The position numbers were made by a program, and so were the translations under genes. Below the pieces are notes generated by a model. It saw only the letters and a program-made list of their open reading frames with translations. It was not told the origin of the DNA and ran no database searches. DNA of 64,000 nt from an uncultured bacterium (GTDB lineage Bacteria; Pseudomonadota; Alphaproteobacteria; Sphingomonadales; Sphingomonadaceae): positions 2,657 to 66,656 of the forward strand of contig CALOGB020000012.1 of the NCBI GenBank assembly GCA_942636505.2, in the 5' to 3' direction. How positions within the stretch are numbered: the first letter of the stretch is position 1; each line of letters begins with the position of its first letter. Positions 22,383 through 32,283 of the stretch are shown here, piece by piece.

Positions 22383-23398
22383 TGCGCTATGGTTACTGGA
22401 CTCCCGTCTTCGGCGGCTGGCTTCGCAACGTCCCCGACGAGGGGATGGACGCGAGCTGGGCGTACACCAAAGCGCTGACGCAGAACGCCGAGCGCTGGGG
22501 CTATGACCTGACGCTGATCGCCGAGCTGAACCTCAACGACATCAAAGGCATCGAACAGCCCGCGCTCGACGCGTGGTCGACCGCGGCGGCACTCGCCGCG
22601 GTGACCGACAGCATCGAACTGATGGTCGCGGTCCGCCCGAACTTCCACCACCCCGCGCTGTTCGCCAAGGCGGCGGCGAACATCGACCGGATCTCGGGCG
22701 GACGGCTCGCGTTGAACGTCGTGTCGTCCTGGTGGGCGGACGAGGCCAAGCAATACGGCCTCCAGTTCGACCAGCACGACGATCGCTACGCGCGCACCGC
22801 CGAATGGTTGACCGTCGTCGACGGGTTGTGGACGCAGGAGCGGTTCGACTTCGCGGGCCAGTTCTACACCACCGAACAGGCGATCTGCTCACCCAAGCCC
22901 GCCAAGCGCCCGACCGTTTACGCGGGCGGCGAAAGCGAGAAGGCCAAGGCGATGATCGCCGCGCAGTGCGACGCCTACGTCATGCACGGCGACCCCGCCG
23001 ACGCGATCGCACCGAAGATCGCCGACATGGCGGCGCGACGCGAAGCAGCTGGCGGCGCGCCGATGCAATACGGCATGGCCGCCTACGCGATCGTCCGCGA
23101 CAGCGAGGCGGAAGCCAAGCGCGAGCTCGACCGCATCACCAGCGTCACCGAACTCCCCGCCGGCTACGCGAATTTCGATCAGTGGCTGTCGGGCACGCAA
23201 CTCGAACGCGAGTTGAAGATCCAGGAATACTCCGTCTCCAACCGCGGCCTGCGCCCCAATCTGGTCGGCACGCCCGAGCAACTGAAGGAGCGTATCGCCG
23301 AGTACGAAGCCGCCGGTCTCGACCTGCTGCTGCTCCAGATGAGCCCGCAGGCCGAGGAAATGGAGCGGTTCGCCGCGCAGGTCATGGGCACCGCATGA
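22382..23398 (+). CDS. LLM-class flavin-dependent monooxygenase (SfnG/SsuD-like)
   Basis: TIM-barrel luciferase-like pattern ([27 protein letters not shown]). Start overlaps the upstream stop (TGATG). Confidence 0.8.
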   Translation: MRYGYWTPVFGGWLRNVPDEGMDASWAYTKALTQNAERWGYDLTLIAELNLNDIKGIEQPALDAWSTAAALAAVTDSIELMVAVRPNFHHPALFAKAAANIDRISGGRLALNVVSSWWADEAKQYGLQFDQHDDRYARTAEWLTVVDGLWTQERFDFAGQFYTTEQAICSPKPAKRPTVYAGGESEKAKAMIAAQCDAYVMHGDPADAIAPKIADMAARREAAGGAPMQYGMAAYAIVRDSEAEAKRELDRITSVTELPAGYANFDQWLSGTQLERELKIQEYSVSNRGLRPNLVGTPEQLKERIAEYEAAGLDLLLLQMSPQAEEMERFAAQVMGTA

Positions 23399-24129
23399 TC
23401 CGCCTGATCGACGTCGTTAAAACCTACCCGGCAAGCGAGGCGGCCGCCCTCGATGGCGTATCGCTCGAAATTCCCGCACGCGGCGTATTCGGCGTCATCG
23501 GCCAGTCGGGCGCAGGCAAGTCCACGCTGATCCGCCTGATCAACGCGCTCGAACGCCCAAGTTCAGGCCGGGTCGAGGTCGATGGCGTCGACGTGGCGGC
23601 GCTGTCGGCGGCGGACCTGCGCGCGCTACGCCGCCGGATCGGTATGATCTTCCAGAACTTCGGCCTGCTGTCATCGCGCACGGTCGCGGCCAACGTCGCG
23701 TTCCCGCTCGTGCTCGCGGGCGTATCCAAAGCCGAACGCGAGACGAAAGTCGCCGCACTGCTCGACCGCGTAGGCCTAGCCGATCACGCGGCCAAATACC
23801 CTGCCCAACTCTCCGGCGGCCAGAAGCAGCGCGTCGGCATCGCCCGCGCGCTCGCCACCGACCCCGACATTCTCCTCTGCGACGAAGCGACCAGCGCGCT
23901 GGATCCCGAAACCACCCGCTCGGTCCTCACCCTCCTCCGAGAGCTGAACCGAGACCTCGGCCTGACGATCGTCCTGATCACGCACGAAATGGACGTCGTC
24001 CGCTACGTCTGCGACCGCGTCGCCGTCCTCGAACGCGGCCGCATCGTCGAGACCGGAGACGTTACCGACATCTTCGCCAACGCGACCCACCCGGCAACGC
24101 AGCGCATGCTGGCGGCACTGGCAGCATGA
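23395..24129 (+). CDS. metN: methionine ABC transporter ATP-binding protein
   Basis: Walker [10 protein letters not shown], signature [15 protein letters not shown] and Walker [17 protein letters not shown] overlap with the upstream gene. Confidence 0.9.
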   Translation: MIRLIDVVKTYPASEAAALDGVSLEIPARGVFGVIGQSGAGKSTLIRLINALERPSSGRVEVDGVDVAALSAADLRALRRRIGMIFQNFGLLSSRTVAANVAFPLVLAGVSKAERETKVAALLDRVGLADHAAKYPAQLSGGQKQRVGIARALATDPDILLCDEATSALDPETTRSVLTLLRELNRDLGLTIVLITHEMDVVRYVCDRVAVLERGRIVETGDVTDIFANATHPATQRMLAALAA

Positions 24130-24788
24130 GCTTCTTCGCCAACATCGACTGGTCGGACATCGGCCAGGCCTGCCTCGACACGCTGATCATGCTTGGCGGA
24201 TCGCTGGTCCTCACGATCGCGTTCGGCCTGCCGCTCGGCGTCCTGCTCTACCTCACCGACCGGGGTCGGCTGTCGCAGAACCGCGCCGCCAACGCCGTGC
24301 TCGGGATCATCGTCAACATCCTCCGCTCGGTGCCGTTCATCATCCTGCTGATCGTGATGATCCCGCTCACCGTGATGCTCGTCGGCACCTCGCTAGGCGT
24401 CGCCGGCGCGGTCCCGCCGCTCGTCGTCGGCGCCGCGCCGTTCTACGCACGGCTCGTCGAGGGATCGCTCAAGGAAGTCGACCGCACCACGATCGAGGCG
24501 GTGCAGGCGATGGGCGCCACCACGCGCCAGATCGTCACCGGCGCGCTGATCCCCGAGGCGCTGCCCGGACTGATCGCAGGCGCCACCGTCACCGCGGTCG
24601 CGCTCGTCTCGTTCACCGCGATGGCGGGCGTGGTCGGCGCGGGCGGGCTCGGCGATCTCGCGATCCGGTTCGGCTATCAGCGCTTCCAGACCGACGTCAT
24701 GGTCGTCACCGTCGTGCTGCTGGTCGTGCTCGTCCAGATCATCCAATATGCCGGCGACGCGCTAGCCCGCCACTTCACCCGCCGCTAG
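24126..24788 (+). CDS. metI: methionine ABC transporter permease
   Basis: Five-TM MetI-type permease. ATGA overlap with metN. Confidence 0.9.
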   Translation: MSFFANIDWSDIGQACLDTLIMLGGSLVLTIAFGLPLGVLLYLTDRGRLSQNRAANAVLGIIVNILRSVPFIILLIVMIPLTVMLVGTSLGVAGAVPPLVVGAAPFYARLVEGSLKEVDRTTIEAVQAMGATTRQIVTGALIPEALPGLIAGATVTAVALVSFTAMAGVVGAGGLGDLAIRFGYQRFQTDVMVVTVVLLVVLVQIIQYAGDALARHFTRR

Positions 24789-24796
24789 GATTTCGT

Positions 24797-25591
24797 ATGA
24801 ACCGTCGCACCCTGCTCGCCTCGTTCTCGCTGCTCGCGCTCGCCGCTTGCGGTGGCACCAAGACCAATGACGGCAAGACATTGACCGTCGCCGCGACCGC
24901 CGTGCCGCATGCGGAAATCCTGGAATCGATCAAGCCCACGCTGGCGAAGGAAGGCGTCGACCTCCAGATCCGCGTCTTCAACGACTACGTCCAGCCCAAC
25001 CTCCAGGTCGAGCAGAAGCAGATCGACGTCAGCTATTTCGAGACCAAGCCGTATCTCGACCAGTTCAACGCCTCGCGCGGCACGCATCTGGTGACCTATG
25101 CCGGCGTCCATGTCGAACCGCTCGGCGCCTATTCCCGCAAGTGGAAGACGATCGCGCAGATCCCCAACGGCGCGACCGTCGCCATCCCAAACGAGCCGAG
25201 CAACGGCGGCCGCGCGCTGCTGCTGCTGCAAAAGGCCGGGCTGATCACGCTCAAGAACCCGACCAACCCGCTGTCGAGCCTCAACGATATCGCCACCAAC
25301 CCCAAAAACCTGCAGTTCAAGGAGCTGGAGGGCGCCACCCTGCCGCGCACGCTCGGCGAAGTCGATCTCGCGCTGATCAACACCAACTACGCGCTTGACG
25401 CGAAGCTCAACCCGGTTCGCGACGCGCTCGCGATCGAGGACAAGAACAGCCCCTACGTCAATTTCGTCGTCGGCCTGCCCGGCGGCGAGAAGGACCCGCG
25501 GGTCGTGAAACTGATCGCCGCGCTGCGCAGCCCGGCGACCAAGACCTTCATCGAGCAGCATTATCGGGGTGCGGTCCTCTCGGCGTTCTGA
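24797..25591 (+). CDS. metQ: MetQ/NlpA family lipoprotein (substrate-binding)
   Basis: Lipobox LLALAAC. Also VAATAVPHAEILE, IPNEPSNGGRAL and NTNYAL. Confidence 0.9.
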   Translation: MNRRTLLASFSLLALAACGGTKTNDGKTLTVAATAVPHAEILESIKPTLAKEGVDLQIRVFNDYVQPNLQVEQKQIDVSYFETKPYLDQFNASRGTHLVTYAGVHVEPLGAYSRKWKTIAQIPNGATVAIPNEPSNGGRALLLLQKAGLITLKNPTNPLSSLNDIATNPKNLQFKELEGATLPRTLGEVDLALINTNYALDAKLNPVRDALAIEDKNSPYVNFVVGLPGGEKDPRVVKLIAALRSPATKTFIEQHYRGAVLSAF

Positions 25592-25629
25592 TACCGGCCC
25601 GGCCTCGTTAGCGTAATCCCCGAGGCTCC

Positions 25630-26598
25630 ATGACGGTCGTCGCCGCGTATCTCTATCGCCATGGCAAGCGCGTCCGCGCGGTCTCGATCGACGAAAAGGT
25701 CGATTGTCCCGCGGATCGTTCCGAGTTCGTCTGGATCGGCATCTGCGACCCGACCGACGCCGAGATGCGGACGCTCAAGGACCAGTATAACCTCCACCCA
25801 CTGGCGGTGGAGGACGCGATCAAGGCGGATCAGCTCCCCAAGGTCGACGTCTATGGTGACCAGCTGTTCGTCGTCGCCCGCACCGCGCAACTGGAGCAGG
25901 ACAAGATCGCGTACGGCGAAACCGCGATCTTCGTCGGCCACAGCCACATCATCAGCGTCCGCCACGGCTCGGCACGCTCGCACAAGGCACTCCGCGAACA
26001 ACTCGAAGCCGCACCGACGTTGCTCATCAACGGCGTCGACTACGTCCTCCACGCGATCCTCGACTACGTCGTCGACGGCTATCTCCCGATCGTCGAGAGC
26101 ATCGAGGACGAGGTGCTGGCGATGGAGCAACGCACGATCGACGCCTTCCTAGGTCGCGACGAAATCGTCCGCATCTTTGGGCTCCGACGCGAGATGATCC
26201 GCTTCCAACGCATCCTCGGACCGATGGGCGAGGTCGCGAGCAAGATCGTCCGGCTCGATCTCCCCTGCATCGATACCGAGGCAAAACCCTATTTCAGCGA
26301 CGTGCTCGACCACGTCCGTCGCGTGCAGACGATGGTCGAGGGCCTGCGCGAAGTGCTGACGTCGGTGTTCGAATTCAGCAACCTGCTCGAACAACAACGC
26401 ACCGGCGCGATCACCCGCCAGCTCGCCGCCTGGGCCGCGATCCTCGCCGTGCCCACCGCGATCGCCGGGATCTACGGCATGAACTTCGAGAACATGCCCG
26501 AGTTGAAGACCGAATACGGGTATTTCGTCGTACTGGGGGTGATCGGGGTAGTCTGCGCCGCGCTGTACGTGAAGTTCAAGCAAGCGAAGTGGCTGTAG
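25630..26598 (+). CDS. corA: CorA family magnesium/cobalt transporter
   Basis: YGMNFENMPE (GMN motif) followed by the C-terminal TM pair. Confidence 0.9.
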   Translation: MTVVAAYLYRHGKRVRAVSIDEKVDCPADRSEFVWIGICDPTDAEMRTLKDQYNLHPLAVEDAIKADQLPKVDVYGDQLFVVARTAQLEQDKIAYGETAIFVGHSHIISVRHGSARSHKALREQLEAAPTLLINGVDYVLHAILDYVVDGYLPIVESIEDEVLAMEQRTIDAFLGRDEIVRIFGLRREMIRFQRILGPMGEVASKIVRLDLPCIDTEAKPYFSDVLDHVRRVQTMVEGLREVLTSVFEFSNLLEQQRTGAITRQLAAWAAILAVPTAIAGIYGMNFENMPELKTEYGYFVVLGVIGVVCAALYVKFKQAKWL

Positions 26599-26615
26599 CG
26601 GGGACCTAGCTCAAA

Positions 26616-26672
26616 TTGTTTCCCCGCGAAGGCGGGGACCCAGACTGGGCTCCCGCCTTCGCGGGAGAACAT
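26616..26672. repeat. family B palindromic element, copy 4 (inverted)
   Basis: ttgtttccccgcgaaggcggggaccc-agact-gggctcccgccttcgcgggagaaca. Confidence 0.9.
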
Positions 26673-26720
26673 AAGAGCGGCCGGAACACACGCAAAGTTC
26701 ATCCCCCGGCCGGCTCCCGC

Positions 26721-27722
26721 TCAAACCTTGACGAGCATCTTCCCCGTATTCCCACCCGAGAACAGCCCAAGGAACGCATCCGGCATCGTCTCGAGCCCCT
26801 CGTGCACGGTCTCCTGCCGCTTCAGCGTCCCCGCCGCCAGCATCCCGCCCATGTCCTTGTAGAACTCCTCGGCGCGATTCATGTAGTCGCTGACGATGAA
26901 CCCGCGGATCTGCACGCGGTTACCAATCAGCCGCGCGAGGTACTTCAACTGCGTCGCCGCGCCGCTGTTGTACACGTCGATCATCCCGCACACCGCGAAC
27001 CGCGCGTGCATCCGCGCATGCGCCAGCGCAGCATCGAGATGCTCGCCGCCGACATTGTCGAAATACACGTCGATCCCCCCAGAACCGACAGCGTGGGCAG
27101 CCTCACCGAGCGCCTTCACCACAGGAACGTCGCTCTTATAGTCGATCACCGCATCGGCACCGAGCGACTTCACCCACGCGCATTTCTCCGCGCCGCCGGC
27201 CGAGCCGATCACCGTCATGCCCTTAGCCTTGGCGACCTGCACGACCGTCGATCCGACCGCACCCGCCGCCGCCGACACGAACACCGTATCGCCCGCCTTC
27301 GCCTCGGCAACCTGGAGCAGGCCGAAATACCCCGTCATCCCCGGCATGCCGAGCTGACCCAGAAACGCCTGCGGAGGCACGTCGAGCGCGGGCAGCTTCT
27401 GCACCTGCGCGGCCGGCACCACCGCTTCGTCGCGCCAGCCGGCCATGTGCAGCACCATGTCGCCGATCTTGACGCCGTCGTCGTTACTCTCGACCACTTC
27501 GCCGACCGCGCCGCCCTGCATCGCCTCGCCCAGCGCGAACGGCGGGACATAGCTCTTCACGTCGTTCATCCGCCCGCGCATGTACGGGTCGACCGACAGC
27601 CAGCGATTGGCGATCCGCACCTCGCCGGCGCCGAGCGCAGACTGGTCGAGATCGATCATGGCGAAGTCGGTATGCTTCGGCATGCCTTGCGGACGTGCCT
27701 TCAGGCTCCATGCACGGGCCAT
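26721..27722 (-). CDS. NADP-dependent oxidoreductase (MDR superfamily, YncB/PTGR-like)
   Basis: AAAGAVGSTVVQVAK Rossmann motif and the C-terminus GGNTGKMLVKV. Start ATG 27722 (MARAWSLK). Confidence 0.85.
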   Translation of the reverse strand: MARAWSLKARPQGMPKHTDFAMIDLDQSALGAGEVRIANRWLSVDPYMRGRMNDVKSYVPPFALGEAMQGGAVGEVVESNDDGVKIGDMVLHMAGWRDEAVVPAAQVQKLPALDVPPQAFLGQLGMPGMTGYFGLLQVAEAKAGDTVFVSAAAGAVGSTVVQVAKAKGMTVIGSAGGAEKCAWVKSLGADAVIDYKSDVPVVKALGEAAHAVGSGGIDVYFDNVGGEHLDAALAHARMHARFAVCGMIDVYNSGAATQLKYLARLIGNRVQIRGFIVSDYMNRAEEFYKDMGGMLAAGTLKRQETVHEGLETMPDAFLGLFSGGNTGKMLVKV

Positions 27723-27863
27723 AAACTTGCTCCTGTCTTGATTATTCGTGTTGCGGGTATGGCGAAACGCACACTCAACGCAACCTGCAAAAAGGCCCGG
27801 ACGTTTCCGCCCGGGCCCCTGTTCGGCTGACATCATGCGACGCCAGCCAACGCTTTCAACCAG

Positions 27864-29186
27864 TTAGTACGTGGTCGAACCCGACTTGCCGAGCGTGTCC
27901 GACGTCGTGCCAGTGGTGGTGCCGCCGGTCGCCGTGCCCGAGGTCGATGCCGTGCCGGTCGCCGTGCTGCCCGTCTGCATGCTGCCCGTCTGCGAGCTCG
28001 AAGCATAGCCGCTGGTGCCGGCATCCTTCTTGTCGCCGCCCGTGCGATCGCCGTACTCGAACATCGCCGAGTTGCGCTCTTCTTCCTTCCACGCCGACTT
28101 GGCTTCGTCGGCCGACTTCGACAGCGTGACCTTGCCATCGACGGTCTTGATCCAGCGCGACGGGATCGAGTGGTGCACGCCGCCCGCATCGCGGTCGTTC
28201 TTGGTCAGCAGGATCCGGTCGCCCTTCACCTTGTCGACCGTGCCGACATGGCTGCCGTCGGAGCCGACGACTTCCATATGCTCGGTAACCTGCGACAGCG
28301 AACTGCGCTGGCCCTGGCGCTCATTACGCCACGACGAGAACTCATTCTCGAACTTCGAGCGGTTCTCGTTGCGATACTCGTCATAGTCACGGTCGAGCGC
28401 CGCGATCTGCGTGCTGCGCCAGCTATGGTAATGGTCGTCATGCGTGTTCGACGACCGATTGCCGAACGCACGGTTGTCCGAGTTACCATAGGACCGCTCG
28501 CCATAGCGCGCATCGGCTTCGCGGCGGCGCTCGGCCTCGTCGTCACCGAACCACGAGCGAACTTCGTCGCCTGCGCGCGCGATGAACCCGCGATCGTCAT
28601 AGTCATAGCCCTGTGGCTGACGACCATAGTCACGCCCCTCGTTACGGCTGCCGCCGCGCGAAGAGTTGCGGTTGTCGTCATCGGCATCGCGGTTGCGACC
28701 TACGTCCTCGAAGCGACGACCGTCCGATGCATAGCTGCCGTGATATTCGGTATCGCCCGAACCCTGGCTGCGCTGACCGTAGGACTGCTGGCCATAGCCC
28801 TGGCCGGAGCGCTGCTGGCCATAGCCCTGCTGCCCGTAACCTTGCTGGCCATAACCCTGGCCCGATCCCTGGCCATAGCGTGACTGTCCGTCGCGGTCGC
28901 CGCCCGATGGCTGCGAGCGGTCATTGTGGCCGCCATAATAGTCACGACCGCCCTGCTCGCGACCATATTGATCGCCGCGTCCCTGGTCGTCACGCCCCTG
29001 ATATCCCTGGCCGCGGCTGCTGCGGCTGTCGTCGCGATCATATTCGCCGGCGGCTTCATATTCACGCGCGCTGGAACGACCATAGCCGCCACCGTCTGCG
29101 CGGAAATCGCGACCATAGTCGTTCGAGTTCGGCCGACCGTAATAGTCGCCCGACTGGCGATCTCGGGTGTTGCGTTCGTAGACCAT
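27864..29186 (-). CDS. intrinsically disordered SWFGD-motif / DUF2171-like stress protein
   Basis: Strong RBS AGGAGG. About 300 aa of G/R/D/Y/Q low complexity with GYGQQ tandem units and a literal SWFGDDEAERRR. A folded-looking core follows (MEVVGSDGSHVGTVDKVKGDRILLTK...HHSIPSRWI), then a T/G/S-rich tail. Confidence 0.7.
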   Translation of the reverse strand: MVYERNTRDRQSGDYYGRPNSNDYGRDFRADGGGYGRSSAREYEAAGEYDRDDSRSSRGQGYQGRDDQGRGDQYGREQGGRDYYGGHNDRSQPSGGDRDGQSRYGQGSGQGYGQQGYGQQGYGQQRSGQGYGQQSYGQRSQGSGDTEYHGSYASDGRRFEDVGRNRDADDDNRNSSRGGSRNEGRDYGRQPQGYDYDDRGFIARAGDEVRSWFGDDEAERRREADARYGERSYGNSDNRAFGNRSSNTHDDHYHSWRSTQIAALDRDYDEYRNENRSKFENEFSSWRNERQGQRSSLSQVTEHMEVVGSDGSHVGTVDKVKGDRILLTKNDRDAGGVHHSIPSRWIKTVDGKVTLSKSADEAKSAWKEEERNSAMFEYGDRTGGDKKDAGTSGYASSSQTGSMQTGSTATGTASTSGTATGGTTTGTTSDTLGKSGSTTY

Positions 29187-29257
29187 AGGAACCTCCTAAT
29201 TGCTGTCCTGCGGTTGCCGGCCCCATCGATCGCGGGGTCGTACATTCCGAGGACTAC

Positions 29258-29282
29258 AAGCACCAAACTGGCGGAATGTTCC
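29258..29282 (-). promoter_or_regulatory. possible EcfG-type general-stress promoter upstream of the SWFGD gene
   Basis: The reverse complement reads GGAAC-N16-GCTT, against the consensus GGAAC-N16/17-CGTT. It lies about 70 nt upstream of the ATG. The -35 is perfect and the -10 imperfect. Confidence 0.25.
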
Positions 29283-29422
29283 TGCGATTGCGGCAGCTTG
29301 ACGGCGACACGACGCTCCGTTGCGACGACGCGCCGGAGGGAAGTTCGAGCCGTCTCACCAACCCGGTTGCAAGGCCCAAATCGAGCCGCTAGATCACCAT
29401 CCTGGCCTATGGCCAACCGCGC

Positions 29423-29498
29423 GGGGCCGTAGCTCAGATGGGAGAGCGCTGCAATCGCACTGCAGAGGTCAAGGGTTCGATTCCCTTCGGCTCCACCA
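29423..29498 (+). tRNA. tRNA-Ala (anticodon CGC)
   Basis: GGGGCCGTAGCTCAGATGGGAGAGCGCTGCAATCGCACTGCAGAGGTCAAGGGTTCGATTCCCTTCGGCTCCACCA. It has the G3:U70 Ala identity pair, anticodon loop AU-CGC-AC and an encoded CCA. Confidence 0.95.
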
Positions 29499-29531
29499 GC
29501 GCAACCGATTGAAAAGTAATCTTTTCTTAGA

Positions 29532-30767
29532 TCAGGCGGCGAGTGACGCTAGTATCAGCGTATCATTCGCGTATCGTAGATGAGCCGACGTGTGCTCCGA
29601 CAACGCCTCGAAGAAGGTATCAACCTCCCGGATCGCAGCCACCAGATAGTCGGGCGAGAGGTGTTCGTAATTGCGCGCGGTAGTATCCTGCGCGGCATGT
29701 CCGGCCAATGCCATGCGCTGCTCCTTGGGCACACCGCGTCTTGCGAGCCAGGTCAGCATTGTATGGCGTAGCGTTTTCGGCGTCGCGCCAACAATTCCCG
29801 CCTCGGCACATACGGCGTTCCAGACAGTCTTTACCGATCGAGTCTCTCGCTCGAAATGCGTTGGTCCGCCAGGGATCTGGTTACGCTCCGCGATCGGCAC
29901 GCGATACTTGATCAGCTTGCCCACGATTCCCGCAACCCAAGGGCGAACATGGCGTGCGATCGGCAGCACGGGCCGCCGCTTGCGCAAGTGAATTTTGCCG
30001 GCGGCGTTAAGGTTGATGAGATTGTTCTCGAGATCAACGTTCTGGTCGGTTAACTCGAGCACAGCCTCTGGACGACCAGCGGTTCCTAATTCGATGACGA
30101 TAAACGCGATCAGGTGTTCGCGTTCCGGCTTCCCCAAGCACGCATTCATGATCGCGGCGATCTCCTGCAAGGTCAGTACGCGGTCCCGCGCCGGTGCCTT
30201 TTGCTGTGGAGGGACATCGGCGATGAACGGCGCGTGTTCGAGCTTCTGGTTTTTCCAAGCCCAGTTCAGGGCACCCCGCAAAGCCGCTAGGTCCCGACTG
30301 ACCGTATGCCCGCCTGCGCCGGCCTTCGCTCGCGCGGTTCGAAACCGTGCCTGAAGGGGCGGCGTGAGATCCGCGACGGTAACCGCTGCGCCCAATCGCC
30401 CTGCCCTTCGTTCGCCATCAAAGAAGTCCATCCAGTGTACAACGGAAACCGCGTATCTGTCAGGCGCGGCGAGCGTCGACACATGATACTTCAGCCAGTC
30501 CGCCATAAGGTCTTCGACAAGCGCCTCATCGCGTCTTTGACGCACTGGGCGGCTGTGCTCCAGGTAATGAGCGGCTAACGCGTCTTTGGCTGCTGTAGGC
30601 GGCCGATCTGCCTCACCTCCTCGAACAGTCGTAGCCTTGCGCCTCGTGACGTCGCCTCCATTTCCGGGACGTTTTTCGAGCCAGCAGATGTTCCACGTTG
30701 CAGTGTCCGGTCGTTGCCAGAGCCAGAATTGTCCAAGTTGTTGTCGTTTGCCGTCGCGCTTACGCAT
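29532..30767 (-). CDS. tyrosine-type site-specific integrase
   Basis: C-terminal catalytic pattern: R (AGRPEAV region), TLRHTMLTWLARRG (HxxR) and LAGHAAQDTTARNYEH (catalytic Tyr). It ends 33 nt from tRNA-Ala. Confidence 0.9.
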   Translation of the reverse strand: MRKRDGKRQQLGQFWLWQRPDTATWNICWLEKRPGNGGDVTRRKATTVRGGEADRPPTAAKDALAAHYLEHSRPVRQRRDEALVEDLMADWLKYHVSTLAAPDRYAVSVVHWMDFFDGERRAGRLGAAVTVADLTPPLQARFRTARAKAGAGGHTVSRDLAALRGALNWAWKNQKLEHAPFIADVPPQQKAPARDRVLTLQEIAAIMNACLGKPEREHLIAFIVIELGTAGRPEAVLELTDQNVDLENNLINLNAAGKIHLRKRRPVLPIARHVRPWVAGIVGKLIKYRVPIAERNQIPGGPTHFERETRSVKTVWNAVCAEAGIVGATPKTLRHTMLTWLARRGVPKEQRMALAGHAAQDTTARNYEHLSPDYLVAAIREVDTFFEALSEHTSAHLRYANDTLILASLAA

Positions 30768-30943
30768 GCTCTTCTCATCTCCTCGGCCTCCATACGGGCC
30801 AAAATTTGGTAAATGTCGTGCCGCAGCAGGACTCGGGCGGCCTCGTTGGAGAGATGAAGCTTGCCGTTGGGCGTTTGTGCCGCACGCCGGAGCCGCTTCA
30901 TCAATTCAACGATCGGATCGATCTCGGTCACGGACATGTGCAT
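30575..30943 (-). CDS. hypothetical small protein upstream of the integrase (possible excision/regulatory factor)
   Basis: The N-terminal 60 aa look protein-like (MSVTEIDPIVELMKRLRRAAQ...). The ORF overlaps the annotated integrase start by about 190 nt, so one of the two models is wrong at this end. Confidence 0.3.
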   Translation of the reverse strand: MHMSVTEIDPIVELMKRLRRAAQTPNGKLHLSNEAARVLLRHDIYQILARMEAEEMRRACVSATANDNNLDNSGSGNDRTLQRGTSAGSKNVPEMEATSRGARLRLFEEVRQIGRLQQPKTR

Positions 30944-31147
30944 TTTGATCTAAGGAGATGCTCCATGCAGATGCTCGGGAGCGGTACGGGGAGTACGGCA
31001 TCGTTTACCGATGGCGCGGTTTTGCGGCTCTCATAGGGCCCGCCTTTTAGGTTGCTTTGCATTTGTTAGATCTATAACAATATATGGGCGGCGTCGAGTG
31101 GGAAATACCACAATATTCCCGGGCGCTCGCCATTTAAGAGGCTGATT

Positions 31148-31696
31148 GTGACGATTACCACAAGCGACGACCACCCACTCGCGCATACCCAAGCGACCAA
31201 GATGTTCGCGGAAGCGGTGGCGGCGAAGCAGAAGCAAGGCATTTCGCAAAAGGATCTGGCCGCGGCGCTCGGTCACAAATCGAGCGTGGTCGTAAGTCAC
31301 ATGGCGACAGGTCGAGCACCCATTCCGATCGATCGTTCGAGGGACATAAGTGATCTACTCGAACTCGACCGAAACGCATTTCTATTAGCCGTGCTCGAAC
31401 AACGATTGCCCATGCTTGATTTTCAATCTCTCGTTGGCAGCCGTTCGCCTGCCGACGGAAAACACGAGCACTTGATGAACCAGTCCGAGACGATCGGTGG
31501 GCGACCGCTGTCTGCGCTGCCTGATGACCTACTGGATCTCATTAAAGAGTGTGTTGCGGACAAGGATCCACGATCACGCTGGTTGACCCTAGATGAGTTG
31601 CCGGTCGTCGCTCTCATTCGCCAGCTTCGACCGACGTTTCGGAGTCAGGGCCTTACGCAAGCAGATCAGAAAAAGGTTCTGGAGGCACTGCGATGA
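31148..31696 (+). CDS. XRE-type helix-turn-helix protein
   Basis: GISQKDLAAALGHKSSVVVSHMATGRAPIP is HTH_3-like. Its stop overlaps the next ATG (ATGA). Confidence 0.6.
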   Translation: MTITTSDDHPLAHTQATKMFAEAVAAKQKQGISQKDLAAALGHKSSVVVSHMATGRAPIPIDRSRDISDLLELDRNAFLLAVLEQRLPMLDFQSLVGSRSPADGKHEHLMNQSETIGGRPLSALPDDLLDLIKECVADKDPRSRWLTLDELPVVALIRQLRPTFRSQGLTQADQKKVLEALR

Positions 31697-32283
31697 TTGC
31701 AGCGCCGCCGACCCCTTCGAAACGCGCATCGATCCCTCCTGCCACCTACAGGGATGGTCGCCCCGACCCGTTCTCCCGCGAAAGCATGCGTAACGGCATC
31801 AGGCACTTCATCATGACACAGGGATTTACGCACTCGCTAACGCTAAACTCAAACCGCGACCTGAGCATCCCCAACATCAGGGGCATGTTCGGTAATTTTT
31901 GCCGACGTGTGGATCAAGATAGATTTAAGAAACGCCACGTCGAACGCTTGCCGTCATGCTTTCGTTTTCGGGCGATCGCTTTTGTCGAACATGCCGCGTC
32001 TTACCCACACCTCCACTTAGCCATCGATCTTGGTCCGACCTGGCTTGCGAGCATTGTAGACGATCGCTTTGGTCGTCAGTTACAAGCGCACTGGGTCGAA
32101 GTCACTGGCGGCGCGGGCTCGATACAGCTTGACCCGATCGCATGCATCCAGGGCTGGAGCCGCTACATCACCAAGAACTACCGGCGAGATGACGAATACT
32201 TCCTCTCCAGCGATTTTCATTCGGACAAAAGTCTGATACAATCTTTTGAGTTGAGATGCGTTTTAGAGGCCATTGCCGCTTGA
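31693..32283 (+). CDS. HUH-endonuclease-like replication initiator (rolling-circle Rep-like)
   Basis: Ordered motifs FTHSLTLNS (motif I-like), YPHLHLAID (HUH) and SRYITKNY (YxxK). Confidence 0.45.
   Translation: MIAAPPTPSKRASIPPATYRDGRPDPFSRESMRNGIRHFIMTQGFTHSLTLNSNRDLSIPNIRGMFGNFCRRVDQDRFKKRHVERLPSCFRFRAIAFVEHAASYPHLHLAIDLGPTWLASIVDDRFGRQLQAHWVEVTGGAGSIQLDPIACIQGWSRYITKNYRRDDEYFLSSDFHSDKSLIQSFELRCVLEAIAA

Noticed and set aside
28790-28860. Short tandem DNA repeats that might look like a CRISPR or VNTR array
   Set aside because: They are in-frame 15-nt units encoding GYGQQ inside a CDS. No spacer/repeat architecture exists and there are no cas genes. No CRISPR array was seen anywhere in the window.
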